From IMG/VR virus record IMGVR_UViG_3300045996_001242, positions 1 through 64,000 of that record: a stretch of 64,000 nucleotides of DNA; one strand, given 5' to 3'. Below the pieces are notes generated by a model. The model was not told the origin of the DNA and searched no databases. It saw nothing but the letters and a program-made list of their open reading frames with translations. This DNA is from a virus. Shown here in pieces: positions 61,877 through 64,000 of this stretch. How positions within the stretch are numbered: the stretch's first letter is position 1; the number at the start of each line of letters is the position of its first letter. Position numbers and translations under genes: made by a program.

Positions 61877-62946
61877 GCTGCCACTGCGGTCGGAGTCGTG
61901 GTCGGCAGATCGTCGTGCAGATACCTCGAGATATCGACCAGGGAGCGCCGCCAGGCCGGGTGCAGCTTCAGGTCGGGCTTCTGAATCATCAGCCCGCGGA
62001 AGAAGATCACCCGCATCTCGGCGGTGAACTTGGCGATGTAGGTGGAGACCGCGTCGAAGCTGTCCCCATCGACGTGTTCGATCAGATGGGTGACCGTCGC
62101 CCAGCGGGTCGCGGCATCTTGCGGCACGTCGATCCCGTTCGGGTCCCTGACGATCTCCTGGAATCTCGGCAGAGTGGCATAGACCTTGGTGAAGGTGATG
62201 AACTCGACGGCAACGCCCGAGGTGATGGCGCCGGCATAGAGAGCTGCATCAGCTTCGACGACCTCCTGATCCTTGATCAGCTTGTTCATGAACTCCCAGG
62301 TCCGCGGCGAGCAGAAAGTCTTCTCGTTGTGGTCGGGCCGGAAGTCGTGTAAGGCGCCCTTTTTGTAGTTGAGGTAGGCGATGATGCGGCTGTCCCAGCG
62401 CTGGGGAAGGGCCACGTCCTCCATGAACTCCTGATGGTCGAGGATCATCTCGAGGGTGATGAGGCGGCTCTGCATGGCCGTCGAGAGCGGATTGACGATC
62501 GCCCGGTCGGTGGTGAGGTTGCCGGCGGCGACGATCACCACGTTGGGGTGGAGCTTGGCCAAGCCGACCATCTTATCGAGGACGAGCTTATAGGCCGCGG
62601 CCTGCACCATCTTGCTGGCCGAGTTGAACTCGTCGAGGAAGATCATCCAGCCCTGGTAACCGTCCGGGATCTTCGTGCCTTCAGTCGGGAAGGTATCGAA
62701 CGGCGCGAAGGTGGCGGTGCCGTCCTCCTTGAACCTGGGGAGACCGGTGAGATCCTCCGGCGCCGAGGTCGAAAGTCGATGATCGATCAGCTTGAGGCCG
62801 TACTCGTCGGCGATCGACTTGACGACGGCGCTCTTGCCGATGGCCGGCGAGCCCTGGAGGAAAGGAACCAGGCCCGCCAGCATGCAGCGGACGATGAACC
62901 TGCGTGCCTGGCGAGGTGTGACTTTGTAGGCGGAAATGCCCGACAT
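61873..62946 (-). CDS. MoxR-like AAA+ ATPase (N4 gp24-like)
   Basis: GSPAIGKS, IFLDEFN, VAAGN, AMQSRL and SPRTW. Confidence 0.9.
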   Translation of the reverse strand: MSGISAYKVTPRQARRFIVRCMLAGLVPFLQGSPAIGKSAVVKSIADEYGLKLIDHRLSTSAPEDLTGLPRFKEDGTATFAPFDTFPTEGTKIPDGYQGWMIFLDEFNSASKMVQAAAYKLVLDKMVGLAKLHPNVVIVAAGNLTTDRAIVNPLSTAMQSRLITLEMILDHQEFMEDVALPQRWDSRIIAYLNYKKGALHDFRPDHNEKTFCSPRTWEFMNKLIKDQEVVEADAALYAGAITSGVAVEFITFTKVYATLPRFQEIVRDPNGIDVPQDAATRWATVTHLIEHVDGDSFDAVSTYIAKFTAEMRVIFFRGLMIQKPDLKLHPAWRRSLVDISRYLHDDLPTTTPTAVAA

Positions 62947-62977
62947 GGGTTTTCTCTCTTGGTTCGAACGAAGGAGG

Positions 62978-63211
62978 TCAGTGCTCGTCGGACGGCAGCG
63001 GGTAGAGCCGCTTCAGCGTCTCGACGGTGAAGGGATCCGGCACGATGAGATCGAGCTCTTCGCCGAGCTCGAGGACGTACCGGGCGTAGTCCTCGCCGGC
63101 ATCGAAGGCAGCACGAGCCGCCTCGGGGTCGTCATCGATCAGCTCCGGGTAACCCCAGAGTCGGCCGGCAGCCCGCTTGGCATTGGCCTTCCACTTATCG
63201 AAGGGGGTCAT
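62978..63211 (-). CDS. Hypothetical protein (77 aa)
   Basis: Coupled start; typical codon usage. Confidence 0.6.
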   Translation of the reverse strand: MTPFDKWKANAKRAAGRLWGYPELIDDDPEAARAAFDAGEDYARYVLELGEELDLIVPDPFTVETLKRLYPLPSDEH

Positions 63212-63429
63212 CAGGCGGCCTTTACGATGATGGTGACGGTGGGGGTGAACGGGCCCTTGCGAGCCGCCACCAGCTTCCTGGCGAGGATGCTGACCCTCTG
63301 CATGCGCCTGACCTCGCTAGGGCTCAGTCCGCTGCCTTGGGTCCGATATTTGAGGTAGGCGAGCTCCTCGGCGCCGATCCAGCTGATCAGGTGGTCGAGC
63401 TCGTGGTCGTCGAGTTCAAGGGTGGCCAT
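63211..63429 (-). CDS. Hypothetical protein (72 aa)
   Basis: GGAGG RBS; start MATLELDD. Confidence 0.6.
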   Translation of the reverse strand: MATLELDDHELDHLISWIGAEELAYLKYRTQGSGLSPSEVRRMQRVSILARKLVAARKGPFTPTVTIIVKAA

Positions 63430-63641
63430 CAGGCAGCCTCCTCGATGCGAACCAGCTTCCCGTTTTCGAAGCGGTAGTTGACGGGGTCCTCGCTCTCGAC
63501 GACGCGATAGTCGTGGACGAGTGTCCAGCGAAAGGCGAGGTCGATGACCTGAGCCAGGGCCTCTTCCTTGGTGGCGAAGCGCAGGGCGTTGCCGTACCAT
63601 TTGCCGGTGCTGTCGGTTTTGACTTCGGGCTTCCAGCTCAT
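63429..63641 (-). CDS. Hypothetical protein (70 aa)
   Basis: MSWKPEV...NALRFATKEEA; coupled. Confidence 0.65.
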   Translation of the reverse strand: MSWKPEVKTDSTGKWYGNALRFATKEEALAQVIDLAFRWTLVHDYRVVESEDPVNYRFENGKLVRIEEAA

Positions 63642-63931
63642 GGGATCAGCTCCACCATTTCGTCGTTGGGTTCGTCGTTGCCAGCCTCGTGGATGCAGTG
63701 GTCCTGCAGCTGTTCGATGAGGCCGCAAAAATAGCGATCGTACTTCTCAGCACGGTCGCGAAGGTGCGTGGGGATGGGCTTCCCCTTGGATCCATCGCGC
63801 TTGCGCCAATAGATCTCGACGATCTCGGCGAAGCCCTCGCCGTCCCAGGGGCTATGGCCCCAGTAGACGTCGGCGATGACGGGCAGCCCGCCGAGGATCG
63901 TGCCCTCGCCGGTGTAGTGGGAGCCCGGCAT
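63638..63931 (-). CDS. Hypothetical protein (97 aa)
   Basis: Coupled at both ends. Confidence 0.6.
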   Translation of the reverse strand: MPGSHYTGEGTILGGLPVIADVYWGHSPWDGEGFAEIVEIYWRKRDGSKGKPIPTHLRDRAEKYDRYFCGLIEQLQDHCIHEAGNDEPNDEMVELIP

Positions 63932-64000
63932 CAGGCGATCTTCCCAGTCAGCCGGGACAGCATGATCTCGAGTGCCGCCTCGAATGTCGGGCGGGCATCG

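Overview
About 64 kb of a GC-rich N4-like phage genome (Schitoviridae). A GcrA homologue and a Rhizobiales-type exported protein point to an alphaproteobacterial host. The window looks circularly permuted. Early genes (N4 gp1- and gp2-like, each behind a hairpin promoter for the virion RNA polymerase) run leftward from about 1.8 kb. The late block runs rightward from 3.5 to 41.6 kb: putative anti-defence cluster, terminase, tail fibres, lysis, portal, capsid, ejection proteins and a 3583-aa virion RNAP. The middle/replication block (41.9-64 kb) is on the minus strand: dUTPase, RuvC-like, SSB, Sak4-like, primase, exonuclease, PolA, helicase, H-NS, GcrA, vWA, RtcB and MoxR-type AAA. The RNAP II subunits were not seen and presumably lie outside the window. 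Highlights: (1) a strongly non-canonical 8/4-fold tRNA-Tyr(GUA) with a rewritten D/T elbow, in the same genome as an RtcB ligase; (2) a tandem Tad2-like plus Tad1-like immune-signal sponge pair heading a likely anti-defence operon; (3) five or six structured intergenic RNAs, several with C-rich anti-Shine-Dalgarno tracts; (4) a recurring ATTATC-N2-3-GATAAT motif in AT-rich islands; (5) phage H-NS and GcrA homologues; (6) a duplicated fibre-tip/adhesin cassette. All assignments come from motif recognition and hand folding; no database searches were run.
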